Shown in pieces: positions 28,142-40,265 of a DNA stretch of 64,000 nt. How positions within the stretch are numbered: the first letter of the stretch is position 1; every line of letters starts with the position of its first letter. Location: the NCBI RefSeq assembly GCF_001194135.2, contig NC_069001.1, positions 25,048,433 through 25,112,432 of the forward strand. Direction: 5' to 3'. The translations under genes were made by a program, and so were the position numbers. This DNA comes from Octopus bimaculoides (Eukaryota). The notes under the pieces are model-generated. The model did no database searches. It was not told the origin of the DNA and saw nothing but the letters and a program-made list of their open reading frames with translations.

Positions 28142-28357
28142 CAGTAATCCCTCGCCATATCTCGGCTCACCTGTCGCGATTTATTATTTAAGCCTACGTC
28201 GATTCCTCCGTGGTGTTGTTTTGCATGTATAATGAAATAAATATATACAAATTATGAAAAAAAAAAATTGCAGTACAGTACCATTTATACTTCGTGGATT
28301 TCCACCTATCGCGGAGATTTTGGGTATGCGACACTCACGATAGTCGAAGGATTACTG
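28142..28357. mobile_element. 216-bp Tc1/pogo (Tigger-like) MITE
   Basis: TA|cagtaatccctcgccatatc ... gatagtcgaaggattactg|TA: TIRs with 9 perfect terminal bp and TA duplications at 28140-28141 and 28358-28359. Confidence 0.88.
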
Positions 28358-30589
28358 TAATGCACTTTTCGGCTGCAATAGCTTCGATTCATCCAAGTCT
28401 TTCTAGAGATACTGAGTTGATGGCTATCAGAAGAACTATATTGGTTGCTAAGTCGTCACTTTTGTCACTCATCTGATAAAACGTATCTAGCTAACACTTA
28501 GCATAACGTTTAGGATATAAAATCTTTATCGAGTACTTTTTTTACAAAAAGGAATTGATTTCGAGATATGATTGTAAATATGTCTGCAATACATTAACTG
28601 TTGTCGAATTTCCTCCCGCAAATATATCTTATGATGTCCGCCTTATATCAAAAACGTCAAAGCATTTCTGTTTGTATATCTCTGTAAGTTAAACTATGAA
28701 CTCTGCATACGTTATTGAATTCTGCATGTCATTTATATTGTTATTCGCAGCTTCATTTAACGTACATTTAACATATCCTTGCAGGATTATCCATCACACA
28801 TCGATTCTATTCTGATTATCGGCGTATTCACACCATGTGATTGATTCCCTGTTGAGTATAATTAAGAACAAAAATATTCCAAAATATACTCTAAAAATAT
28901 TGTAAAAAAGAAAATGTTTTGAATGGTACAAGAATGCACTATAATACAAACAATGGACTATATACTTGTTGTAATTTAGTTATCTATAGTCCGATGATAT
29001 TTCAGAATACAATTCCTTCTTCAGATCTTCTTAGATGGAGTCTCTGCTATGGTATCGTGATTTAGCTGCTATTTGTGTGTCTGTGTTTCTATATGAATGT
29101 ATGTTTATGTGTTTACTGTATGTATAAATATAGAGTACATAGATAAGATATATATTGACATATATTTGAAGAAAATTAAAGATAAGATTGAAAGTGACAA
29201 GAAAGATTCCAAATTTTAATTAGCTCAATGTGCACCAATCAGAAATAAGAACTTTACTCTGTATCGGTGATCGAATCTATCGTGGTATTAGACATGATGT
29301 AGTACGTGTGCTTTTAGTCTCGTTAAATCTTCAAATTGACCGTTATTTCGAAAAAGAAAAAAAATGAACTTGTGTATGTTCAGCTCGTTTAAGGCGTGAT
29401 TGTATCTCGAACTGCATTGTCATGCTTACAATATGTACTTTTTTTATAAAGCAAATATAGTGTTATTTCCGTTCTATTGGTAGAACACACTTATAAAATA
29501 CTTGCGATATAACTTTACAACATGCAACAATATTGCATAAACTCTCTATATATGTTTCGTACAGCTGGATATAAAGTTATTTAATATGGATTGACATGAG
29601 AGAACATTCATAACAGACAGCTATCTTCGACAAAATCCTAACTTGAAATTGATATTTGTGCATTCTGTGTACTGTTAATTACTTTGTTTTGACAATCTCT
29701 TTTTTTTTTTTTTTTAAAAAAAAGACTGTGAAACTAAATACCATTAGTGTTGATCTGATTGCAACCGAATTACCCAGCTCATCAATGTTACCTTGTTTTG
29801 CTCTTCTAAAATAACAATTTAGCGAAACTGAAATCAATAGCTCGTCTTCATTTGCTTAATTAAACCATCAACACCAATATCAACAACAACGAAAATGAAC
29901 CGAAAGGAAGCAAGCTTTGTTTTTGTTGTCTCATTTAATAATTCAAACCATAAACTTTGATGGACATTTTGAAAAGAACTTTTATTCGGCTATTTTATTT
30001 TAAAATATTTTATTAATTCATTTGTTTAGATTCAAATTAAGGTTGTATAAACAGAAGGAATAGTTCACAGACTGTTAACATTGATTCTAGTATGAAACTA
30101 TTCGTAGACTCTGTGTATGTGTGTGATATCCAACGGCTGTATACACTACAGATATTTATGCTATCTAGTCTAGACATTCAAATAATATTGTTTATCTTTG
30201 TTGAATTATAGCCAGCTATTTAATTCTCATTGGTCGTCTCCACGAAGATGTCATTCGAGACTAGGAGCCGTAGACTTCGTCACAAGAATCAGTAACAAAA
30301 CTAAACCATTGCTGAGTCTTTCCTTAATGTGCAGTGCTTAGGTCAAATCCAGATATCCGGAGATTGTTCACAGACCATTTCCACTACTGTGATATGATGA
30401 AGATTTGTTATTTATTTCTGGATTTTCTTATAAATTCTACTTGAATCGTTTTCGTTTATCTTTTTTCCGAGATTTGTGCTAAACTGTTCTATCTTAGAAA
30501 TATATGCATCACTGCACAACAGACCTATTTTATATTTTGCCTGCTGTATCGCATTAATGACCTCTATGTTTCTGATATTACGAGTTGCA

Positions 30590-30790
30590 CACTACATTTG
30601 CCTACGATCATTCATAATTCCATGCGTCTACATCCACGCTATGACTACTTCACTCCCAGGACTCCCAGTTGTCCTTAACCATGATCCTTCACAGAATCAA
30701 CTTTGTGCACATTCCTGCCAGCCAGTTACTTCCTTTTTTGTTTTCAGACATTGACTCGCTTCCTCAGCATTTCATCCTTTTGTTGCCGGC
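30590..30790 (-). mobile_element. Degraded RTE-like LINE 3' remnant
   Basis: Minus strand aactggctggcaggaatgtgcac... resembles the WxWAGHVxR...RW motif region. Confidence 0.35.
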
Positions 30791-32184
30791 TTTCAAACGA
30801 CCACCTAAGTTCGTGAAATAACGAGGAAAATCGTATTAAGAAAAAGTTAAGAACAATGTTTGACATTGATGATCTAGCTTTGCAAGGACAGTTTACCTGT
30901 TTTTTTTGTTTTTTTTTTAGATAATCATATATTTTTCCAAAATCTTAAATGCATTTAATAAATGTCGGAACATCTAGACAGCCCTTATAATGCTAAAACC
31001 TTTTCCATTATAGCTTTGCTCTAAAAGGGCTGTTCGCGGGGTGGGGGCGAGAAACCAATAGCAACACTAACATCAACTGAATTAAAATTTGAAAGTACTT
31101 GAAATAAAGGCTGGTTTCTGCTAGTAAGCTTCTGCATATATACGTGTGTTTATACATGGTTTATTCTAAAATATCAGGGCCAAATCTCATATAAACTGAA
31201 GGCAGTATTCATGCAATCGATTCTCATTTTATACTCAAATTCTATAGTTGATGCAGATTGGTGTTGGAGGGAATCATGCAAACTAATGAATACAAGTAAA
31301 CAGAACACATGACCGACTTAAACTCAACTTACTCTCTCAAAAATATTTAATAAGCAGACGATATTTCTTCACATCATGGGATATTGATGGTTTATTATTA
31401 CTTGCATCTTCTTTTATTTATATATTATAATTTAATCTAAAATTTTCCAGTTGGAAAATTTTTAATTAAATGCTATGTTGTTAGGATATTATTGTTAATG
31501 TTGTTGCTGATAAAAATCAAACTATGCCAGAATGAAGCAGATCTGTGAACAAATGCATGTCAGATATAGTTATCACTTCGTTTCGCTTTCGTTCTCTCCA
31601 CACCTTGTATGTATATATATATATATNNNNNNNNNNNNNNNNNNNNNNNNNNNNNNNNNNNNNNNNNNNNNNNNNNNNNNNNNNNNNNNNNNNNNNNNNN
31701 NNNNNNNNNNNNNNNNNNNNNNNNNNNNNNNNNNNNNNNNNNNNTATATATAGCTAGATAGATAGATAGAGAGAGAGAGTAAGAGACAGATAGACAGCGA
31801 CAGATAGCTTGCTAGACAATATACAAGTATCGGAAGTGTATATAGATACCCTCTGTTAACCGTTTAATTTGAGGGAACGCTACTGATTAGTATTGTTCCC
31901 GAACGAGTTAGATCTTTAACGCTTTAACTGCAGAAAGTATACCTACTGAATACGGAATTATATAATTAAGTACCCCAAAGTGTATCATTTAGTTTCTAGA
32001 ACTAAAACATTTAGAAATGATGTTGACTATATACATTTGAGATGTCAGTGTAGATCACACTGTGTAACACGATCTTTGCTCTAGGGTATCAAATGTTATT
32101 TCCTGTTTCCTTACCCATAGAAAGTATGAGAAATGGATAATATTTACCTCGCACTTTACTTTTGTTAACGTTCTTTCAAACCTC

Positions 32185-32335
32185 CAAAGAATACATCTCA
32201 ACACATGGCTGTGATGCTCCCATACTATCATGCTCATAATCAGAGATGCACATATTTTAAGCCACTACGTGGTTGAGGTCGGGAAAGTGACAAGTAGGTT
32301 TGTGATACTGAGTAGAATATTTGCTATAACGATAT
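32185..32335 (+). repeat. Interspersed repeat family E fragment
   Basis: caacacatggctgtgatgctccc...atcagagatgcacatat...tgagtagaatatttgct matches 57139-57280. Confidence 0.8.
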
Positions 32336-33149
32336 TTCTGCCTCAGCAACTCAGTGCTGAATCTGTCTTAAATGTAATGGGAAAAGAGGCATTTTCAAAA
32401 TATTGACGTATTCGTCATGAAAGCAAAGTTTGAAGGGAATTGTAGTAATTTCTATTTCTGTCTAGAAATAGGCAAATAAGAAATAACACTTATTGACCTA
32501 AGACAAAAAAGGGAAAAATTGAAATTTTGTTACACAGTTTTATTAAACGTGTTTCTCCTTTCCTTAAGAATTGAAGGTTTGATTTGTCGTAACTATGGCT
32601 CTGATTTCTAGTATAGCAAGAAAACTGTGTGAGTAGAGAAATTACATTAAATGTGATTGTCAACGAGAGTACAATTTCCTTTTATTGATGTAACTAATGT
32701 ACATATCTTGGTACTGTAGATTTTGTTTTTGCTGTGAGTTGTCTATGTCACACTTGATCATACACTTCTTTTATCCAGCCATGACCTTCCCAACTTTAAG
32801 ACAGTTTACCTCAGAGTAGACTGACCAGCATACTATGCTTTTCTTTTCAAAGTAAAACGAACATGAACCGCGTTAGTTCTTACTCTATTATCTTTGAATT
32901 TCACTCATTATTAAACACCATGTGGGATTGAACACTAAATGCTCTGCAATGTTGCTTGACAAGGAAGGTTCCAGTATTTTGGTGGTCTACATTGTTGAAG
33001 AACAAGGAAAAAAGGAAGACGATTTCAATGGTAAAAGTAATGAAGAATAGAGAGTTTAAAATATAAAATTTGGCAAGATTTAGATGATTAACTAGATAGA
33101 GAGTATGAGAAGGAGGAAGAGGAGGAAAAGCAGAAGAAGAAAGAGATAA

Positions 33150-33245
33150 GGATGATGGTGATGATTATGATGACGATGGTGTTGATGATGATGATGATGA
33201 TGAGGAGGATGGTGCTGGTTATTATGTTGGTTATGATAATGATAC
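33150..33245. repeat. (GAT)n-type degenerate trinucleotide repeat
   Basis: Directly visible; source of spurious poly-M/I/H ORFs. Confidence 0.9.
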
Positions 33246-33879
33246 CGAAAGAGTTTAATGAAATAAGAAGCCAAAGAAAAAAATTGACCAAAAATAAATC
33301 TAATGAAACCAGAAAAGAATGGAGAAAAAACCGCTGACATTTTATATTTGAACCTAATTTATCTCGCTTCTACGGTGAGATAAATAAATAATAATGTTCA
33401 CTCATCCGTAGTATGTAGCAGATTTGAGTTGTAGGATAAAGAAATATGTTTAATCAGGCGTCACATAAATAAAAGGAGAAGTAAAACAAAGTACATCACG
33501 TCCAATAGATGAAACCTGAAAACAGAGAGATAGATGGAAATCGAAAGAAAGGAAAGAAAAATATCCAAATTAATTGTTAATTTGTCAAATGGCTTTTAGG
33601 GAAACATTTATAATGGCTTAGGGACAATTCCTGAACATAATGACATACTGCCACTACTTCATAGGTTTTGTTTCATTTATAAAGTTCTTTATCGAGATGT
33701 ATTTCCACCCATAGAACCTTTGGTTATTTGTTATATTCAGAACTGATGTAATGCGACATAAAGCTGGAACTCTTAGACTTTCGATTCGCTTGCTAGAACG
33801 AAAAGCTGAATCTTCCGCAAATCATATGCTGTATTATATATACACCTGTATGATGAAAGTTATCAATTATACAGGTATC

Positions 33880-34085
33880 AAGGGCGGTAAACTGGCAGGA
33901 TCGTTAGCACGCCGGGTAAAATGTTTAGCAGTATCTCGTCCGTCTTTACGTTCAGAGTTCAAATTCCGTCGAGGTCGACTTTGCCTCCATCATTTCTGTA
34001 TCGATAAAATAAGTATCAACTGAACGCTGGGGTCGAAGCAATCGACTAGCCAACTCCCCCAAATTTTCAGGCTTTGTGCTTATGG
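33880..34085 (+). mobile_element. Full-length tRNA-derived SINE family B with A-rich tail
   Basis: ggcggtaaactggcaggatcgttagcacgccggg (A-box-like), gttcaaattcc (B-box-like), body, then an A run at 34086-34097. Confidence 0.88.
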
Positions 34086-34315
34086 AAAAAAAAAAAAATG
34101 TTTTCTTTGACAATTCTCTATAAGTGTTTGGCACCCTAATTTCCTTTATGCTCCATCATAACTTTTCGGAAAAAATATATGCCCCACCCGTTTTTGGAAA
34201 AGAAACTGTATTTTTAATATTTTATCACAAATACTTATTGCAAAAGAATCGACTGGTAACTCTTTTATGAAGAACTGAGTACGAGAAAAATTACATAAGT
34301 GACTAAGAAAAACAT

Positions 34316-34356
<41 letters not shown>

Positions 34357-34894
34357 TTGCTGCTGCTATTGTTTTACCGTACTTGCTGCTACTGCTGCTG
34401 CAATTGCTGCTGCCCTTAATACTACAACGATGAGGGCCACGACCCCCTAATCGACTGGTTATGTGTTCGCTCGACTTGCTTCAGAAACCAATTAAATCTA
34501 GATCTCAGAATTCCCACCCTTCCCTGTTCTCCTCGACTGGGTTCAGCTTTCGTTTTTGAAATTGCAGCCCACAACTAGAGCTAAATCCAAGGCGCCAAAA
34601 CATGCCAGTGACGTTCTTTTTTTAGATGACAATAATGCAGATAATACATTGTTCCCAATCCATATTCTTATGTGAAATTGACTTACAATGAAATGTTAAA
34701 AATATGATACTACTCACCTCATAATTATCACCATACTCTCCCTACTCCCCTATTTGGCTACCTTATACGTTTCCACTATTTATCCTCCTCATTATTATCC
34801 TCATTGCATTGTGTTGTAACAAAATTATCCGCCATTCTCTTCAAACTTTACTTTTGTGGCCCGGATATCAATATTTTGAATATGACCACTTTTC

Positions 34895-35165
34895 GATTAC
34901 ATTTCAGACAGAATCAGCGCTGAATTGTTGAAGCAGAAATATTGTTATGGCAAATATTCTGCTCAATAGCACAGAATTGCTTGTCAACTGCTCGACCTTA
35001 ATCACGTGATAATGTCATTTAGTGACTGACGATATGCACATCTCTGATGAGGATGGGGAGTACTGCGTGGGGAGGGGGGAATCGTAGCCATATGTCCCGA
35101 GGGGTTCTTTGGGGTTGGAATAAATTTAACAAAATCAAAGTTTGAAGGAAATATTAGCCATGTTT
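34895..35165 (-). repeat. Interspersed repeat family E fragment
   Basis: Reverse complement matches 57100-57290 (catcagagatgtgcatatcgtcagtcact...tgacaagcaattctgtgctattgagcagaatatttgc). Confidence 0.78.
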
Positions 35166-35559
35166 CATACTTTCTTGATGTAATCATATAGGAAATAACA
35201 GTTGCTATCCAAAGACAAAAATTGTGTTGCAAAGTGTCATCTTTTTTTAACAGTAAGAGCAATCGATTTCAGAAGTGTTATTCATTTTACACTTTATTAT
35301 TTACCAGTCGATACAGTACGACCAGAATCAAGATGTCCATATTCAGTCCCCTGGTGTGTCGTGTCATTTGTCAAAGACTCAACTTCGCCCAGGATTGTAC
35401 TGAAATTGCTTTTGATGGGTAGCTGTGTGGGTGACCTTTGGATGGATTGCACCTCACACGCTGGCTACGCAAGATAATTACCTGCCTGTGGAATACACAG
35501 CCACGTACTGTTTCTTTTAATGAGTAGCTAGTTTAATTTATTGAACAAATAAATACACA

Positions 35560-36250
35560 TCGTCGAAGATGATCGAGATCTATTTTCTGATTCATTTCAT
35601 TGTATTTTATTGTTTTCTATTCCAGATAGTAATTTGTGTTTTTAATTAGCATCATTCTTTATTTTTCCTTTCTCTCTCACTCCTATCACGTTGTAATCTA
35701 TCTTGCACTTGACGTTTCTTTTTTTAATATTCAAATATTTCTTTATTTCCACATTTTATTCTTAATTTTCACTTTCTATAATTTTTTAAGCAGTCTTTGA
35801 AAGTTTGATCCTCATTAATATTAACCGAATTATTCTTCACTCAACTTTTTACAAAATTCGCTGCCTATTCAATAACATTTTCTGGATTGTTTGTTTGTCA
35901 CGTTGAGTTGATATATTCTATAATGTTATTATCTGCATTTCATTCTCTTATAGTCATTTTTCTTTCTCTCCAGCTCCTGTATTATGGATAAACTGACATT
36001 TTCCATTATTAAATCACATAGTTCACCATCATCATTATACAAACACCATCTGTTTGACCTCTTTGCCTTTTCAATATTTTTTCCTTCATTTTAGCTGAAG
36101 AGTTCTCTTTATTGCTTCTTTGTGTTCTTATCAAATTTAAGGATGTTGCTTATGTCTCCAAAGCAATAATGCTGTTGTTAATTGGAATTAAATTCTTTTG
36201 TTAAACATCTTTCAAGCATTCTCCTGTACAGCGGTATTCCAACACAGCTC
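35560..36250 (-). mobile_element. Possible highly decayed LINE endonuclease region
   Basis: Strong A-rich strand bias on the minus strand, with weak traces of GDFN-like and NxxFxH-like endonuclease motifs; no open frame. Confidence 0.25.
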
Positions 36251-36964
36251 GTAATAAAAACAGCAGGTTATGTTTACATGTATTAATCTCGTTTTCACTG
36301 TGTTTCTTCTTATTAAATATTTTCTATAATACCATTTCATGTTTTTTTCTTCTATGTTTAAACTTCATTCTTTCTATAACGTCAATACTCAAAAGTTGTA
36401 ATTGCTGTAGCAATGCGAGAGTTACTTTGTAAGAAAATTCAGTAGCATACGTTTCGTCAATGTTGAATTAAGAAGTCAGCTAAACAGCAATACATACACA
36501 GATTACTGTACGATGTAGTGAGACTGAAAAAGAAAAATAAGGTTATATTAACTACCACACTAGGTGAATCCCTGTGAGTAATGTCCCTTCCAGAGAATGT
36601 ATATATGTATAACAGTCACATATAGGCAATGGATATTGAATTCGATTGATAAGAGAACATCAGCCCGAAACAAGAATTCTTCAAAGCTAATGTGCCATTA
36701 CGGAAAAGATATTCTGGGTGTCTAGGGTGAGATTTGGAAACGTGTTTCCACCTAAAGACATATTGCAAGCACATTAGTTGGCCTACATTGTATCCAGAAG
36801 ACTATGATGCTTAAAGTATAGAACGCATATATGACTGAGTTAATTTAAACGAATTAAACATGAGCAAAGAGTTGTATCGAAGAGCGGGTAGTATCACTCG
36901 TACGTATACTCAGATATGCATGTACACTTTTTACTACTTATTTCTATGTAGCTTTACATCCAGT

Positions 36965-37330
36965 AAGATGTATTGAATTCTCTTATCTTGGAGCTTACCT
37001 TGCCGGGGACACGTCTCTAAATGTATCAATCGATTTCTTCAATGTCATCGCATCTGTCACTTCACTGAGCTTTCCAGTACAATTGGATTTGTCTTTGTTT
37101 CAGAAGCCAAATGGATCTAACGTACAAGTGTCCCACTTACCCAGAAAAAATGTTTTTCGAATCGCACACGTGATTCGTCAGGAATGTCGCTCCTGAAAGT
37201 TTCTCGCCTGATAATTTGCTCCATAAGGGAGAGTTGTTGACGGGGTTTCCGTTCCCTCAATTTGTGAAGCAGAAAGTCAGGGGTAATATACGCGAATGAG
37301 CTAACCTTGATGTGATTAGATAGGACAAGT
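36965..37330 (+). mobile_element. Degraded RTE-like LINE RT C-terminal remnant
   Basis: Plus strand translates EFSYLGAYLAGDTSL, matching the RTE motif FxYLGSxLxxDxSL. Confidence 0.5.
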
Positions 37331-38804
37331 TGATAATCTTGCAAATCGATACCTGTCCAGACTGACAAGCGTTCTGAGTTACACGATTTACAATAATGTT
37401 AAGGTGTTTCAATGTAATTCTAGCTAACCATTAATGTGGTTAGGAACTGAGATAACATCATAACATATGATGTCAAGTCCGATCAAGAAATGAACTGAGA
37501 CGAAAATTCCTTTAAAAGATAACGTTTAGGTTGCGAATATAAAAACTATTTTTCTTGTTCATTTCTGCCCGACTGTCGGCTTTCATCCGTTCGATCTGCC
37601 ATGATACCCGTCTAATATTCGTTTCTTTATTTTTCAATGGATAATTTCCCTTAATCAGGTGATCTATCTAACACTAATACACGCTTAGCTTGGGGTTCCC
37701 TATTATGGGTGGGCCAAGCCGAAATCTATAATGGTTGTCTGGTGTTAGCATATTGCTTCACATCGGATATGTTGTTGAATATTCATTGTAATGCAACTCC
37801 CGATAGAATAACGCTGGACAAATGTAGAGATGATTCACCGAACAACCTAGAATTCAGGACAAGTTAGAGAGAAATATCATATTGTACAATCAGAAACCAT
37901 TGCAGTTTAGGATAACATCAAAATATTGAAGTGACGTTAGACATTATTCTAATATTTCCAAGATTCTGGTGTCATGCAGAGTGAATCGAATATCCCCGTG
38001 TTTACCATAATCACAAATCAAGTGATTATTTCGCGCCGGGGGGCGCGCGAAGCTTTCTATTGTTTGATGGATATATGGTAAGGCGTTGTATGAAACAGAT
38101 TGAAAACTGGTTGAAGTTAAATACTTTCATATTCGCCAAGTTCGATTCAACATCAACGCGTTCCGCTTACAGGGTAGGGATTTGCTGATAGAAGGAAGAG
38201 AATAACAAAAACGCTGAAAGAATTAACCTAGTCTCAGAATATGACTATAGTCTTTCAGAAATTATATTCCATTCCATCTACAACGCCAATCTCTTCATAT
38301 ATTGCCCTTGCTTTGGACAAGATCGATTATTTCTCCAACCACTTGTGGTCTTTTTGTCCTACTTTGGATGAAATTATTGTAGTAGTTGTTGCTTTTATTG
38401 TTATCATAGGTCATTATAGGTTGTTATAACTATTATTGATAATGTAGCTGTTGTTTTTATTGTTAGCCATGTTACCGCTACTGCTGTTGTTGTTTTTGCT
38501 TTTATTGTTTTTGCTATTGTTGGTTTTAAAGTCGGTGGATAAGTAGGATCGTTTCAATTTGACGTGACCCCATTTCAGAGCTTACGTAGCAGATAGAGCA
38601 GAAAAACAAATTGCATGATGTAGTTGTTCTCCAGCTTTCTCTCCTATTATCTGTGGCCTGAGATGAACGCTGCTCCTCAGCACAGCAGGATCGATGACGT
38701 TCAACCAGTCAAATATTTGGGTGAATATGATCGACGAATATCGTGCAACGAAATTTCAAGTCTCGTGCCTATATTAGAGACAACTACTGGCACTAACATT
38801 GCCA

Positions 38805-38910
38805 CACTCACCAGAACCACCAGCACTACCACCAGCACTACCACCAGCACCAGCACCACCAGCACTAGCACCCCCACCACCACCAGCACTAGCACCCCCA
38901 CCACCACCAT
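38805..38910. repeat. Degenerate (CAC/CAG/TAC)n trinucleotide array
   Basis: Directly visible; gives a spurious Thr-rich ORF. Confidence 0.9.
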
Positions 38911-39884
38911 ATATATATATATGTATTTATTTGTGGTAATGACACACTCCATTCTCTTCTTTCGAAATTTTTACGATTTATTAATGACTCCCAGTTGAAG
39001 GGTGAAGTTAGTTCTCANNNNNNNNNNNNNNNNNNNNNNNNNNNNNNNNNNNNNNNNNNNNNNNNNNNNNNNNNNNNNNNNNNNNNNNNNNNNNNNNNNN
39101 NNNNNNNNNNNNNNNNNNNNNNNNNNNNNNNNNNNNNNNNNNNNNNNNNNNNNNNNNNNNNNNNNNNNNNNNNNNNNNNNNNNNNNNNNNNNNNNNNNNN
39201 NNNNNNNNNNNNNNNNNNNNNNNNNNNNNNNNNNNNNNNNNNNNNNNNNNNNNNNNNNNNNNNNNNNNNNNNNNNNNNNNNNNNNNNNNNNNNNNNNNNN
39301 NNNNNNNNNNNNNNNNNNNNNNNNNNNNNNNNNNNNNNNNNNNNNNNNNNNNNNNNNNNNNNNNNNNNNNTATATATATATATATATATATATATTTGTA
39401 TATACACGTGAATATATGCATGTATTTATACCATTTGTTGAAATCTGTTGGCTTTTAAATCTATGTGTACAAGTCTTTTAACGTATTGAATTAGTGGCCT
39501 TTGTGTTATCTCCATTCAGAAAGATGTCATTGATAAATCTCTTCGTATACATAATGATCCCTGAAGAAACTTGAATGAATCGCATATTTTAAGCAAGATA
39601 AGTCGATTCATTGATTCGGTTTAATTCGTTTCTCATTTTTTACAACATATTTTCGACATTTTCCTTTAATAATTCATCCCAGTAACTGTTTTTTAAAACT
39701 GTAATGGATACTGCGATTTATTGATTCTTAATATAACATTGCTAGAAGAATGTTGGGATATAATCGATTATATCGAATCCGGAATGATAAAAACGACTTT
39801 CGCTTTCTGCAGGATTCGTACTTAGAAATCAAGTGATGGCAATTATTTACTGTAATTGTTAAGCGACTAATATGATGCCCATCC

Positions 39885-40265
39885 GTGGAGGTGCAATGGC
39901 CTAATGGTTAGGGTAGCGGACTCGTGGTCATATGATCGTGGTTTCGATTCCCAGACCGGGCATTGTGAGTGTTTATTGAGCGAAACCACCTAAGGCTCCA
40001 CGAGGCTCCGGCAGTGGATGGTGGCGAATCCTGCTGTACTCTTTCACTACAACTTTCTCTCACTCTTACTTCCTGTTTCTGTTGTGCCTGTAATTCAAAG
40101 GGTCAGCCTTGTCACACTGTGTCACGCTGAATATCCCCGAGAACTACGTTAATGGTACACGTGTCTGTGGAGTGCTCAGCCACTTGCACGTTAATTTCAC
40201 GAGCAGGCTGTTCCGTTGATCGGACCGACTGGAACCCTCGACGTCGTAAACGACGGAGTGCCAAC
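39885..40265 (+). mobile_element. Full-length tRNA-derived SINE family C
   Basis: tRNA-like head with A-box-like tggcctaatggttagg and B-box-like gtttcgattccc, a ~380-bp body and the end gacggagtgccaaca; the first ~190 bp are shared with 48346. Confidence 0.9.

Noticed and set aside
33498-33514. Strong minus-strand acceptor followed by GFIYWT (LDL-receptor YWTD-like)
   Set aside because: There is a stop where Asp is expected, the donor is weak, the exon would be only 16 nt, and no other propeller repeats are nearby.
37117-37368. 83-aa minus ORF ending FFW|gtaagt, phase-compatible with the 35464 acceptor
   Set aside because: The plus strand carries an RTE-like FSYLGAYL motif, so it is better explained as the antisense of a LINE relic.
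38805-38910. Regularly repeated units as a possible CRISPR-like array
   Set aside because: Degenerate trinucleotide repeat with no unique spacers, in a eukaryotic context.
39888-39960. tRNA-like sequences, also at 48346, 60138 and 9410-9483
   Set aside because: SINE heads continuous with SINE bodies; no complete cloverleaf could be supported.
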